Below, in pieces: positions 9,808-19,783 of a DNA stretch of 64,000 nucleotides (position 1 is the first letter of the stretch; each line of letters opens with the position of its first letter). The translations under genes and the position numbers were made by a program. The notes under the pieces were generated by a model. The model was given only the letters and a program-made list of their open reading frames with translations, was not told the origin of the DNA and made no database searches. Source of the stretch: Patescibacteria group bacterium (lineage in GTDB: Bacteria > Patescibacteriota > Minisyncoccia > 2-02-FULL-40-12 > IGHO2-01-FULL-4-A); assembly GCA_038064015.1 (NCBI GenBank), contig JBBTUB010000015.1:7093-71092 (forward strand). The letters are read 5' to 3'.

Positions 9808-10546
9808 ACCTAAAAAATCTCTCGGCCAGCATTTTCTGGCCGACGCCAATATTCTAGAAAGCATCGCTCAAGCCGCAGAGATACAGCCCGGTGAGACCGT
9901 CATAGAAGTCGGGCCGGGAACGGGAACGCTTACCGATACGCTTCTGGCGGCGGGTGCGCATGTGATTGCCATTGAAAAAGACGCTGTATTAGCCGCTGAA
10001 CTCAAAGAAAAATATAAAAATAATAAAAACATAGAGATTATTCATGATGACATCTTGACTTGGAACATTGAAAATTCAATGAAAATTGAAAATTTAAAAT
10101 TTAAAATTGTCGGAAATATACCGTATTACTTAACAAGTCATTTAATCAGAACCGTCCTGCAAGAATGGCCACAACCAAAGCTCATCGTTTTCATGGTGCA
10201 AAAAGAAGTTGCGAAGCGCGCGACCGCAAAACCTCCCGAGATGAACATGCTTGCAGTTTTGATCCAATTTTATACTACTCCAACTATCATAAAGATTGTA
10301 AAAGCCGGCAGTTTTCATCCCAGGCCCAGGGTTGACTCGGCTATTATTCGGCTGGTGCCGAGGCATGAAGCGTGGAATAGGAAGCATGAAGCATTTTTCA
10401 AGATAGCCGGAGATGGTTTCAAACATCCCCGTAAAAAACTGTCCAGCAATCTCTCTCGCGAGCTTTTAGAAGCCGCGGGAATTGATCCAAATCGCCGCGC
10501 GGAAACACTCACCCTTGACGAGTGGAAAACTCTCGCAAAAATCTAG
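9791..10546 (+). CDS. rsmA: 16S rRNA m6,2A dimethyltransferase KsgA/RsmA
   Basis: KKSLGQHFL, EVGPGTG, GNIPYY, MVQKEVA, RAETL; start at ATG 9791. Confidence 0.95.
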   Translation: MSYVTKPKKSLGQHFLADANILESIAQAAEIQPGETVIEVGPGTGTLTDTLLAAGAHVIAIEKDAVLAAELKEKYKNNKNIEIIHDDILTWNIENSMKIENLKFKIVGNIPYYLTSHLIRTVLQEWPQPKLIVFMVQKEVAKRATAKPPEMNMLAVLIQFYTTPTIIKIVKAGSFHPRPRVDSAIIRLVPRHEAWNRKHEAFFKIAGDGFKHPRKKLSSNLSRELLEAAGIDPNRRAETLTLDEWKTLAKI

Positions 10547-10569
10547 CAATCATATGCTATACTTAGCGC

Positions 10570-11502
10570 ATGTCGCTGAAGCTTAAATTGCTGCTTTTTG
10601 CTGTAGTGCTTGGCGCACTCGGGCTTTCGTATCGTGCGATCTCCAAGGTCAGTCTTGGTCTTCCCGGAAGCCGTAATCTTGCCGCGAACGTCGTGCTCCC
10701 ACTGGATGCTCCTGATGCTGATCACGACGGCATCCCCGATGACGAGGAGGCACAGCATGACACCGATCCCTTCAAGGCCGATAGTGATGAGGATGGATAT
10801 CTTGACGGGGAAGAAGTGCTCTCCGGTTTTAGTCCGACGGAAAAAGACACGAAGAAAGAACAAGAAGAGAAGAAAAAAAAGGGGAACCTCACTCTGACCT
10901 ACCTCGAAAATATTATCGGCGGTGCGCTGGCAGGAGACTTGGATCCCAACAATCTCGAAACCTATACTGATAACTTGAATCTTACCGCGCTGGGGCTCCT
11001 TGATCGACTGCCTGATAAACTAACTCCTCCACCAACACGTCGCACGCTCACGGTCTTGGACAGCGATGATGCCGAAGAGCAAGAATACTTAGCGAACGCG
11101 GCTAAGTTTGTCAATTTTATTCCACCGCTCAATTTGTCATTTGAACGCATGGTCGCAAACACAAAGGACACTGGAGGATCGCAGGCGATCCAAATGTGGA
11201 AAATGCTGAGCACAATGTTTGACACGGCGGGAAGCAGGATTAATGCCCTGCCCGTCCCACAGGAATTCGTTGCTTGGCATGAAGAAGCGATAACGACGCT
11301 CGGGCGCGGCTCACGGCTCTACGATGCGCTTGGAAAGCTCAAAGAAGATCCACTCCTGGCCATGGCTTCACTTGATACGGTCCCGGATTTTATGGAACGC
11401 ATGATGAAGCTGTCCGATGACCTTAATGCCCTCATGATTGCCAAAAATCATTCTCTACGTGTCCACCCTCCAATAATTTTAAATGTCCCAAAGAAAAAAT
11501 AA
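10570..11502 (+). CDS. Membrane-anchored protein with DxDxDG Ca-binding-like repeats; first gene of the T4SS-like operon
   Basis: N-terminal TM; DADHDGIPD and DSDEDGYLDGEE. Confidence 0.65.
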   Translation: MSLKLKLLLFAVVLGALGLSYRAISKVSLGLPGSRNLAANVVLPLDAPDADHDGIPDDEEAQHDTDPFKADSDEDGYLDGEEVLSGFSPTEKDTKKEQEEKKKKGNLTLTYLENIIGGALAGDLDPNNLETYTDNLNLTALGLLDRLPDKLTPPPTRRTLTVLDSDDAEEQEYLANAAKFVNFIPPLNLSFERMVANTKDTGGSQAIQMWKMLSTMFDTAGSRINALPVPQEFVAWHEEAITTLGRGSRLYDALGKLKEDPLLAMASLDTVPDFMERMMKLSDDLNALMIAKNHSLRVHPPIILNVPKKK

Positions 11503-12604
11503 AATTATCATCCCTGCAATGATTGCCGCGATGCTCATCGGGCATGTAGCTGCAACCCATATCCCTACAGCAAAAGCAGTTTTTGGTATTGGGGATATCG
11601 TACTGGATACCAAGGCCTGGTTCGAAACCATCGATCAGAAGCTTGGGGCAAATGCCGCGAAGATTGCCTCGAAAGAAGTTGCCCGCATGCTCCGCACCCT
11701 CATCATCCACGCGATGGACGGCGGGCCGACATTTGTAACGAACTGGCGCAATCACTCGCGCAAGAGCCTGGATGGCGGAGGAACGATCGCTCGCAATCTG
11801 ATCGGAGAAGCGGCGTTTGGCGTCGATGGAGATCCGACGAGCGCCACCCTGTGCAATTTTTTCCGAGATTCAATCGGCAGTAAATTTAACGCGAAACCGG
11901 TTGATAAAGCTTTTGCGGATATCTCACGGGCATATCGCCTTGACGATGCGGGCACGTATAAACTTTTGACCAAGTGCACCTTGCCAACGACAATTTCAAT
12001 TGGCGGAGTACAGAAACCATTTGAGATTAAGAATTTTCAAGACTCTTTTGAGGGAGGATGGCCAGTCTTTGAAAAACTCCTTGAGCCCAACAATAACTAC
12101 TTTGGGGTATTGTCTATCACGGCCGCGGAGATCGGTAAGCAGCGCGAAGCACAAAAGCAATCGGCGCTCAATGAAGCCATTTCAGGTGGGGGATTTCTCT
12201 CGACCATTACCAAGAGTGGGCAAATCAAGAGTCCTGGAAAGCTCATTGGCGATACGGTAAGTAAACAGGTTGGGAGTATTTTCGATTGTCTCAATACCGT
12301 CATTTCATTTTCTTCCCTTGGGGTATGCATCACGGATTTCTCGATAATTGCCAACCAGGTGACTAATTTTCGCAACATCGCCGAATCCGCCGGGCTTCTG
12401 GATGATGAAAAAAGCGACGATGGAGACGCTGGCGATCCCGTGCCAACACCTGAAGTCGGGCCACCGGTCTGTGATAAAGCGTGTGGGGACGCTGCAGAAG
12501 CCACCTGCAACATGGATCCAAGCGTCAATAGCTCTATTCTCTACGAAGTATGCTTTAACCAAACATTTGATGAATGCAAGATAGAAATGTGCCAAGCGCA
12601 GTAA
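11483..12604 (+). CDS. Secreted protein, possibly a VirB5/TrbJ-like component, with a Cys-rich tail
   Basis: Signal peptide followed by FGIGDIVLD; helical body; located before the VirB6-like gene (function inferred). Confidence 0.5.
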   Translation: MSQRKNKIIIPAMIAAMLIGHVAATHIPTAKAVFGIGDIVLDTKAWFETIDQKLGANAAKIASKEVARMLRTLIIHAMDGGPTFVTNWRNHSRKSLDGGGTIARNLIGEAAFGVDGDPTSATLCNFFRDSIGSKFNAKPVDKAFADISRAYRLDDAGTYKLLTKCTLPTTISIGGVQKPFEIKNFQDSFEGGWPVFEKLLEPNNNYFGVLSITAAEIGKQREAQKQSALNEAISGGGFLSTITKSGQIKSPGKLIGDTVSKQVGSIFDCLNTVISFSSLGVCITDFSIIANQVTNFRNIAESAGLLDDEKSDDGDAGDPVPTPEVGPPVCDKACGDAAEATCNMDPSVNSSILYEVCFNQTFDECKIEMCQAQ

Positions 12605-12609
12605 TACTC

Positions 12610-15036
12610 ATGAGATCTAAGAGAATAAAAACAGCCATCGTTGCGCTACTCTTGCTCGCGATGCTCATCACACCGTTGGCGAGTGCGCAGGCGGGATCTT
12701 GGACTGATTATGTGACAGGAATATTAAAAGACGCTGCATGTGCAACGCCACTGGCAATTCTCAATCTAGAGGGGTGCGTTCTTCCGCCTCTTCTCAGCAT
12801 CGTAGGAACTATGGTTTCATGGTCAGCTGCTTTGCTGAATTGGCTTTTGGGGGCAAGCCAAGCTTTAGCGGCTCCCGATATCATCAGGTCATCGTGGGTA
12901 ATTTTTAGAGATTTCGTGAATATGTTTTTTATCCTCGCACTGATTATCATGGCATTTGGCACAATCTTCAATGTTAAAAACTATACGTTTAAAGAATTGT
13001 TTCCTCGATTTCTTTTCTCCGCACTGCTCATCAACTTTAGCTTAGAGATTGGCGTGTACGTACTGCGGGTTGCGAACGGTCTGGCTAGCGTATTTCTTGC
13101 CACCATCGGCGATGTCGGTGCCCGCCTTGCTGATGGACTCTTAATAACCAAAATAGCTTCACCGGAAGGCTTATCGGGAACTGCTGCGGCGGCACTAAAA
13201 GGAGTAGCTAGTGGGCCCGGGACTGCGATCACCATGCTTGCGTTCCTCGTATTCCTTATCATCATTTTGGGAACATTTTTGGCAGCGTCGATATTTATTC
13301 TTGCCCGCATTGTGGTCATTTGGTTTCTGCTTATCGTATCGCCGGTTGCGTGGTTTGGGTACACCTTACCGAGCCTACGGGCTGAGACGTGGAGTAAATG
13401 GTGGAAGGCATTTATCAGCTGGTCGTTTTTCCTCCCGACGTACTTATTTTTCATCATGTTCGCCTCTATTTTGTTGAGTGCGAAGAAGACTGTTGGCCTT
13501 ACCGTTGGAGGATATGATAATACTCTTGCAGCCGGGGACTATGCTAAGGCATTCTTCGAGGTTATCGGCCTCACCGATCTCCTCTTTTTTATTCTAGTCA
13601 TTATCGTACTCTTAGGAGGTATCGCAGCGTCTTTTAAAATCGGAGGGCTTGCCGCCAATGGCGCGGGGGCGGTCATGAGCTTTGCGCATGGGAGAGTGAA
13701 AGCGCTCCCAATTTTCCCCACAAAAGGAGCGGGTGGAAAGTGGGTAGGGAGAAGTATCGGCGATTGGGAGGGGGGCGCCAAGCAGCTTGGTTCTAGAATC
13801 CTGAAGTCCGGAATACCGCCAATCCTACCGGGAGTTGGAAAAATTCCCGGTATTCTTCGAGCGTTATGGACCGGGCAAGAGGGGCAAGAAGTGGCGGAGA
13901 AGGCAGTTGGCCAGAGCCTTCAGAGCACGCTTGGGTATGGCAACCTTGCTGAAGGAATGAAAGCTGAAAAAGCCGCGATTGATCATGCGCGTGAGATGCT
14001 TAAGCATGACCCGAAATTCACAGAAAAACTTCGGGACGCAAAATTAAAAGCAGACCTAGGAGAGGGAACTGATCTCATTGATGGGTTCAATAGAATGAAC
14101 TTTGAAACGATTGCCGAGTATCAGGAGCTTGCTGCAAAAGGCATGCTTTCTCCACAAGCATTGCGTGCCTTTGGCACAAAAATCGGTGATCGTAACTCAG
14201 ATGCCATGAAAGACGTGGGAGAGGCTCTTGCAAAATCAAGTTTCGGCGGATGGAAAGAAGAAGATATTTCTGAATTCTTAAAAGCGAAAGAAGATGGGCC
14301 TTACGACATCAAAGGCATGAAGGGCGCTAGAAAGAAAGGCCATGAATGGCTCATTTCTGACGATGGAAAACGAAGAATGCTTGGGCATGAATCTATAACC
14401 CTTGACGTGGTGAATCAAATGGCGAAGGATTATGGACCAGACTCAAACGAGATGCGTGGAGCTCTTCGCGAAATAGCCACAAAGCGAGCTGATCTTGCCG
14501 GAGAGTACAAAGCAATAGCGAAAGCAAAGGCCGAAGGAAGGGAATCCGCCACGGATGCTGAAGTCACAACTGCTACTCAGGAAGTTATTGAAGACAAAAC
14601 AGAACACGAATTAATGAGTATGAGTAAGATCGCTTTTGGGCAGGAGAGATTCATGCAAGCGGTATTAGGAAAACTTGAAAGCCTGCAATCAAAAGTCCCC
14701 ATGGGAGAATACGAAGATAAGTTCGATGCAGGTGCTATGGCAAAATACGTCCAAGGCATGCGGTCAGCGGGCGCGAGCGTCACAGATTTTCAAGAAAAAA
14801 TGCAGGATTTGACCAACGCACTCGGAAAAAATCGTGACGAACTTACGGTAAAAATACGTAACGCAGAAGGTAGAATTGAAGAAAGATCGATACATAACTA
14901 TAAGGAGGCCCTCGATATGGCCGCAAGCGAGAAGAAAGAGTGGGACATCAGGCGTCAAATTGCGGCTGATGAAAGACGTGATGATGCAAAGTTTGCCCGA
15001 GGGACTCGAGGACGCGGACCTAGAAGAACCACATGA
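12610..15036 (+). CDS. VirB6/TrbL-like polytopic membrane protein with a large soluble C-terminal extension
   Basis: W-x-x-FRDFVNMFFI...ALLINFS and R-x-x-x-IWFLLIVSPVAW...W-x-KWW patterns; many TMs followed by a long charged region. Confidence 0.7.
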   Translation: MRSKRIKTAIVALLLLAMLITPLASAQAGSWTDYVTGILKDAACATPLAILNLEGCVLPPLLSIVGTMVSWSAALLNWLLGASQALAAPDIIRSSWVIFRDFVNMFFILALIIMAFGTIFNVKNYTFKELFPRFLFSALLINFSLEIGVYVLRVANGLASVFLATIGDVGARLADGLLITKIASPEGLSGTAAAALKGVASGPGTAITMLAFLVFLIIILGTFLAASIFILARIVVIWFLLIVSPVAWFGYTLPSLRAETWSKWWKAFISWSFFLPTYLFFIMFASILLSAKKTVGLTVGGYDNTLAAGDYAKAFFEVIGLTDLLFFILVIIVLLGGIAASFKIGGLAANGAGAVMSFAHGRVKALPIFPTKGAGGKWVGRSIGDWEGGAKQLGSRILKSGIPPILPGVGKIPGILRALWTGQEGQEVAEKAVGQSLQSTLGYGNLAEGMKAEKAAIDHAREMLKHDPKFTEKLRDAKLKADLGEGTDLIDGFNRMNFETIAEYQELAAKGMLSPQALRAFGTKIGDRNSDAMKDVGEALAKSSFGGWKEEDISEFLKAKEDGPYDIKGMKGARKKGHEWLISDDGKRRMLGHESITLDVVNQMAKDYGPDSNEMRGALREIATKRADLAGEYKAIAKAKAEGRESATDAEVTTATQEVIEDKTEHELMSMSKIAFGQERFMQAVLGKLESLQSKVPMGEYEDKFDAGAMAKYVQGMRSAGASVTDFQEKMQDLTNALGKNRDELTVKIRNAEGRIEERSIHNYKEALDMAASEKKEWDIRRQIAADERRDDAKFARGTRGRGPRRTT

Positions 15037-15500
15037 CATCCTACACCATCTACATCCCCGGAGAAGTTGATCTCCAAGAGATACTCCAAAGCCCATTGAT
15101 CTGGAAAGAATTTCAGCAACGCTGGGCGGTCGGCTCCCCGCGGCTCTCGGATTTGCTTTTCGGAGTCGACACAATGAACAAGATGATCGATATCAGCGTA
15201 GATTTCGAGCTGACCGATGAGCAGACCGCCAATGTATCTCGCGCGGTACGTGATATTGCGCTAGGCTATGTGTATATTGGCGATTTGGCCGCGGTGTTGC
15301 AAAAGCAACTTGGCATTGAGCAAAAGATTGCTTCGGAAATTGGTGGGAGCGCGTTGGAAATCCTCCGTCCCTGCATGGATGAAATCAAGAAAATCCAGCT
15401 CGCACGCTTTCGAAATCGTATCGAGCAAGCGGCGACAAAGCCGATAGATCAGCCGAAGCAGGAAAACACAAGCAATATTATTAACTTACGAAAACCATGA
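15033..15500 (+). CDS. Hypothetical protein of the T4SS-like operon
   Basis: 155-aa ORF with ATGA overlaps at both ends; ends NIINLRK. Confidence 0.75.
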   Translation: MTSYTIYIPGEVDLQEILQSPLIWKEFQQRWAVGSPRLSDLLFGVDTMNKMIDISVDFELTDEQTANVSRAVRDIALGYVYIGDLAAVLQKQLGIEQKIASEIGGSALEILRPCMDEIKKIQLARFRNRIEQAATKPIDQPKQENTSNIINLRKP

Positions 15501-15805
15501 GATTCCACGTCCCACAATTCATCGAAAAAGAAAACAAAATCATCGGGCCGTTGACACTCCGGCAATTCCTTTGGCTATTGATTGGCGGAGGGCTGTTCTT
15601 GATCGTAAAGATTTTTCTTTCGGGAATGCCTTTGATAATAGCCCTGGTGGTGATCGCCGCACTTTCCCTGGCCATGGCATATGCTAGAATCAATGATGTA
15701 TCCCTGCCGCGCTACACGCTGATGGCATTTAACTTTCTGATCATGGGAAAGCGCTATACCTACACGAAAGAAGAAAACGAAAATATTACATGGCAAAAAA
15801 AATAG
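15497..15805 (+). CDS. PrgI-family (VirB3-like) membrane protein
   Basis: MRFHVPQFIEKENKIIGPLTLRQF signature and two TMs. Confidence 0.85.
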   Translation: MRFHVPQFIEKENKIIGPLTLRQFLWLLIGGGLFLIVKIFLSGMPLIIALVVIAALSLAMAYARINDVSLPRYTLMAFNFLIMGKRYTYTKEENENITWQKK

Positions 15806-16425
15806 GCTCTAACACCAAGCAATTTGTAGACATCGCCGATGTGCGAGGCTCATTAGTCCTGCTCAAAGACGGCTCACTTCGCTCAATTATTTCCGTCGAG
15901 TCGGTGAACTTTGATCTCAAGTCTCCTGACGAGCAGACCGCGATCCTGCAGGGATTCCAGAGCTTGGTCAACGCGCTCGATTTCCCGCTCCAGATCGTGG
16001 TCACGTCACGCACGCTCGATCTCAGTAATTATTTAGAGCTCCTGGAAGTTACCCAAACAAAACTTACCAACGAGTTGCTCAAAACCCAACTCACCGAATA
16101 CGCAAAGTTCATCCAAGACCTCACGAAGCTTGCCAATGTCATGGAAAAGAAATTCTATGTCGTCGTACCATATCATGCCATCGAGGCGGTTAAGAATAAC
16201 ACCGGTTTTTTGGGAAAATTAAAAGACCTCTTCTCCGCCACTCGCCATGCTGCGGCGCTCACGGAAGAAAACGAGAAACAATATGGCAAGCAGGTTGAGC
16301 AGCGGGTTGCTGTCGTGTTGTCGGGGCTTTCGCCGCTTGGCGTGAAAACAAAGCTTCTCGAACACGACGAGCTCTTGCAAATCTTCCAGCGCCTCTATAA
16401 CCCGGGACAAGTTCTCCCCACATAA
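15790..16425 (+). CDS. VirB4/TraC-associated N-terminal-domain protein
   Basis: VNFDLKSPDEQTAI...NALDFPLQI...KFYVVVPY; directly precedes the VirB4-like ATPase. Confidence 0.7.
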   Translation: MAKKIGSNTKQFVDIADVRGSLVLLKDGSLRSIISVESVNFDLKSPDEQTAILQGFQSLVNALDFPLQIVVTSRTLDLSNYLELLEVTQTKLTNELLKTQLTEYAKFIQDLTKLANVMEKKFYVVVPYHAIEAVKNNTGFLGKLKDLFSATRHAAALTEENEKQYGKQVEQRVAVVLSGLSPLGVKTKLLEHDELLQIFQRLYNPGQVLPT

Positions 16426-16430
16426 ACCCA

Positions 16431-18179
16431 ATGGATACCACTCCCCAAGAAAAAACAGTTGATGAAATCCTTGCTCCCTCGGCGGTCTCGCTGGGAGCAA
16501 ACGACATGCAAATCGGCGAAAAGTACGTACGGACGATTTTTGTCGCCACCTATCCACGCTATCTCAATACCGGATGGTTTGCGCCCATTATCAACTTAGA
16601 CAAGGAATTTGACGTTGCTTTTTTCATCCACCCGGAAAATTCCGCCGAGGTACTTAAAAAACTTCGCGACCAGCTTGGCCGTCTTGAAGCGGAAGCTATG
16701 GAAGAACAAGCCGCGGGAAAAGTGCGCAACCCGGCACTCCAGACCGGGATTAACGACATTGAGGAACTGCGGGATGCGCTCCAGCAGGGAACGGAGAAAT
16801 TTTATCAGGTCGGCTTGTATATCACGCTGTACGGCAAGACGCAGCAAGACCTGAATGAGCTTGAAAGCTCAATCCGTGGGACCCTCGAAGCCCAGCTTAT
16901 TTACACGAAGCCGGCAACATTCCGCATGAAGGAAGGCTTTGTCTCAACCTTGCCGTTGGGATTGGACAAACTGAACATCCAAACGTCTCTTAATACCGAG
17001 CCGCTTTCTTCGATGTTTCCGTTTGTTTCGTATGATTTATCGCTGGATCGGGGCATTTTGTACGGGATCAACTTGCACAACAATTCTCTCGTGCTGTTTG
17101 ACCGCTTTTCGCTTGAGAATGCCAACACGATCATCCTCGGCAAATCAGGAGGAGGGAAAAGCTACACGATAAAACTTGAGATCCTACGAAGCCTGATGTT
17201 TGGCACCCAGGTGTTCGTGATCGACCCGGAGAACGAATACAAATACCTCTCGGACATGGTGGGGGGGACTTCCGTGCGCATCTCAATCTCCTCTGAAGAT
17301 CACCTCAACCCCTTTGATCTCCCCAAGCCTCGCGCCGATGAGACGCCGGCCGATGTGCTGCGCTCGCACATCGTTGACTTGGGAGGATTCTTTAAGCTTC
17401 TCATGGGAACTATCACTCCTCAAGAAGATGGGATTCTCGACGAGGCGATCCGGCAAACGTATGCTTCACGCGACATCACCGCTACTTCTGATTTCTCGAA
17501 AATCGAACCTCCGCTGATGTCGGATTTCCAAAGCGTCCTCTCCGGCATGGAGGGAACCGAGTCACTGTTGCTGCGAATCAAAAAATATACCGAGGGAAGT
17601 TTTTCGGGCTTTCTGAATAACCCCACCAATGTACGCCTCGATAACCAATTAATAGTCTTTTCCATCCGGGATATGGAAGATGAGCTGAAGCCGGTCGCCA
17701 TGTATCTGGTGCTGAATTTTATCTGGAGCCAGGTTCGCTCGGAAATACGCCAGCGGTTGCTGATCGTTGACGAAGCGTGGCTCATCATGCGCTACGAGGC
17801 GGGAGGACTTTTTCTTTTCAATATTGCCAAACGCGCGCGGAAATACTACCTTGGGCTTACGGCGGTCTCCCAGGACATCCCGGACTTTATGAGTTCGCAA
17901 TACGGCAAGCCGATTATTACCAACTCATCGCTCCAGATCCTCCTGAAACAGTCACCGACAACGATTGATCTGGTAAAAGACACGTTCCACCTCACGGATG
18001 CTGAGAAATTCTTCTTGCTGGAGGCGCAGGTGGGACATGGGCTTTTCTTCGCTGGAAACAGCCATGTGGCAATTCGGATCATTTCCTCCTATGCTGAAGA
18101 TCAGATCATTACGTCCGACCCGCGCCAAATCCTCGATATCGAGGCGGCAAAGCGCGAGCTGGCGGAACAAGCTTCATAA
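16431..18179 (+). CDS. virB4: VirB4-like type IV secretion ATPase
   Basis: Walker A GKSGGGKS; IDPENEY; Walker B LLIVDEAW; KRARKY; SQD. Confidence 0.9.
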   Translation: MDTTPQEKTVDEILAPSAVSLGANDMQIGEKYVRTIFVATYPRYLNTGWFAPIINLDKEFDVAFFIHPENSAEVLKKLRDQLGRLEAEAMEEQAAGKVRNPALQTGINDIEELRDALQQGTEKFYQVGLYITLYGKTQQDLNELESSIRGTLEAQLIYTKPATFRMKEGFVSTLPLGLDKLNIQTSLNTEPLSSMFPFVSYDLSLDRGILYGINLHNNSLVLFDRFSLENANTIILGKSGGGKSYTIKLEILRSLMFGTQVFVIDPENEYKYLSDMVGGTSVRISISSEDHLNPFDLPKPRADETPADVLRSHIVDLGGFFKLLMGTITPQEDGILDEAIRQTYASRDITATSDFSKIEPPLMSDFQSVLSGMEGTESLLLRIKKYTEGSFSGFLNNPTNVRLDNQLIVFSIRDMEDELKPVAMYLVLNFIWSQVRSEIRQRLLIVDEAWLIMRYEAGGLFLFNIAKRARKYYLGLTAVSQDIPDFMSSQYGKPIITNSSLQILLKQSPTTIDLVKDTFHLTDAEKFFLLEAQVGHGLFFAGNSHVAIRIISSYAEDQIITSDPRQILDIEAAKRELAEQAS

Positions 18180-18182
18180 TCC

Positions 18183-18719
18183 ATGGATGCACAAGACAAC
18201 ATCTACTCATTCCAACTTGCGCAAGAGCGGCGGCGGGCGCAGCTTCAGGGCGCCGAAGACCAGGAACAAAAACGCCAAGAACAAGCTGATCAGAAGCTTT
18301 TTAGGAGCGTCTTGAAAATTTCGATTATTTTGGACGCGATTGATATCGTATCACTCGGCACGATCGGCTGGTTTATTGGATGTATTGGAGATCTTTACCT
18401 CTACAAAAAAACTGGCCAATCAAAAGCCGGGCGCGCGCAAAAGAAAAAAATCATCATCGCGATCGTGGGAGAGAAAATTCCGATCGTAAATATTTTGCCC
18501 TTGAGGACGATTATGGCAATATTCTCAAACCCCAAAATTATGGCAAAAATTGCTCAGCGACTGCAGACTGCCAGTAAAATTCTCAACGTCGCCGCTAAAA
18601 TCCCGACACCGATCGCCCCAGAGCTCAAAGCCGCATCAAAAGTCGTAAATCTAGCAAATAGGAGAACTCAGATGGGGGCTCGAATGCTTAATACAAATGT
18701 AACTAATAAAGCGGCATGA
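18183..18719 (+). CDS. Hypothetical membrane-associated protein
   Basis: Gln-rich coiled N-terminus and a hydrophobic core; within the operon. Confidence 0.7.
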   Translation: MDAQDNIYSFQLAQERRRAQLQGAEDQEQKRQEQADQKLFRSVLKISIILDAIDIVSLGTIGWFIGCIGDLYLYKKTGQSKAGRAQKKKIIIAIVGEKIPIVNILPLRTIMAIFSNPKIMAKIAQRLQTASKILNVAAKIPTPIAPELKAASKVVNLANRRTQMGARMLNTNVTNKAA

Positions 18720-19783
18720 AAAACATCATGAAATTCATGCTCTTGCTCTTCGTGGTTGCCGGGGTTTCCTTTGGCGCTTCGCTTGGGTTCAGTCAATGGC
18801 GCGACGCGAGGGTCACTGACAACCTGGACGCCAATGTGCTGCGCAGATTCGAAGGCCGAGAACCTCAACCAACGGAAAAAGGCTCGATCAAGCTGACAAC
18901 CGAGGAGGCGAGTTTTTTCCACGTCATACCCAACAAACAAGAAATTCGCTACTATCATGCCCGGACGGGCCAGATCAAATCTCTATCGTCGGCCAGGACA
19001 GCAAAGCCCGCCCTACTCGCCACGATCAAGCCGCGCGCGAGCGATCTCACGTGGTCACCTGATGGCACGGAAATCATCGCATCGTATGGTACCGAGCGAA
19101 TCTATGTGAACGTGACGGCCAGCACGCAGACCAAGCTCGACGCAAATATCCTCAATCCAAAATTCGGACCGGTATCTGATTCGGTTGCCTATCTTTATTT
19201 CGATAAAAAAACAGAGGCCGGGGTGATCAGCATCGCGGACTCGCAGTTTAAGACCTTTAAGAATCTTCTCAAGACACGCCTGAGCACCTGGGAGATCCAG
19301 TGGGCCGATGAGCGCAAACTTTCACTTCTTGCCGCGCCGCCCTCCTCGCGCCTACAATCCCTCTACCTCCTCACCATCGATCAGGAAGGGCTGGATATAC
19401 TCATCGACTCAAAGACTGACATCGAAACGAATTGGTCGCCCGACGGGCAACACCTTCTGTACTCCCGGAAAACGCAAAACGGGATCGAGCTATTCTTACT
19501 TGATCTTGCCACGCGAGCCGAAAAGCCACTCGAAATATCAAGTATGGCATCGAAATGCGGATGGACCTCTGATAGTAGCACGCTGTATTGCGGAGTCCCG
19601 GAAAAAGACTCTGACGATGCTATACTGAAAATTTCGATGACGGGTACTCAAGAAAAAATCTTTGCCCCCGCCGATGCGGGATTTGTAGATGCACGAAATA
19701 TCGTATACATTCCGATCCAAAACGCATTGCTTTTCAAGAACTTCAAAGACGGGCGGCTCTATCTTTTATCGCTGGCCAAATAA
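18716..19783 (+). CDS. Membrane-anchored TolB-like beta-propeller protein
   Basis: Two WSPDG repeats and an N-terminal TM. Confidence 0.75.
   Translation: MKNIMKFMLLLFVVAGVSFGASLGFSQWRDARVTDNLDANVLRRFEGREPQPTEKGSIKLTTEEASFFHVIPNKQEIRYYHARTGQIKSLSSARTAKPALLATIKPRASDLTWSPDGTEIIASYGTERIYVNVTASTQTKLDANILNPKFGPVSDSVAYLYFDKKTEAGVISIADSQFKTFKNLLKTRLSTWEIQWADERKLSLLAAPPSSRLQSLYLLTIDQEGLDILIDSKTDIETNWSPDGQHLLYSRKTQNGIELFLLDLATRAEKPLEISSMASKCGWTSDSSTLYCGVPEKDSDDAILKISMTGTQEKIFAPADAGFVDARNIVYIPIQNALLFKNFKDGRLYLLSLAK

Noticed and set aside
10570-19783. Integrative conjugative element
   Set aside because: No integrase, relaxase, coupling protein or att repeats seen; the locus is flanked by housekeeping genes
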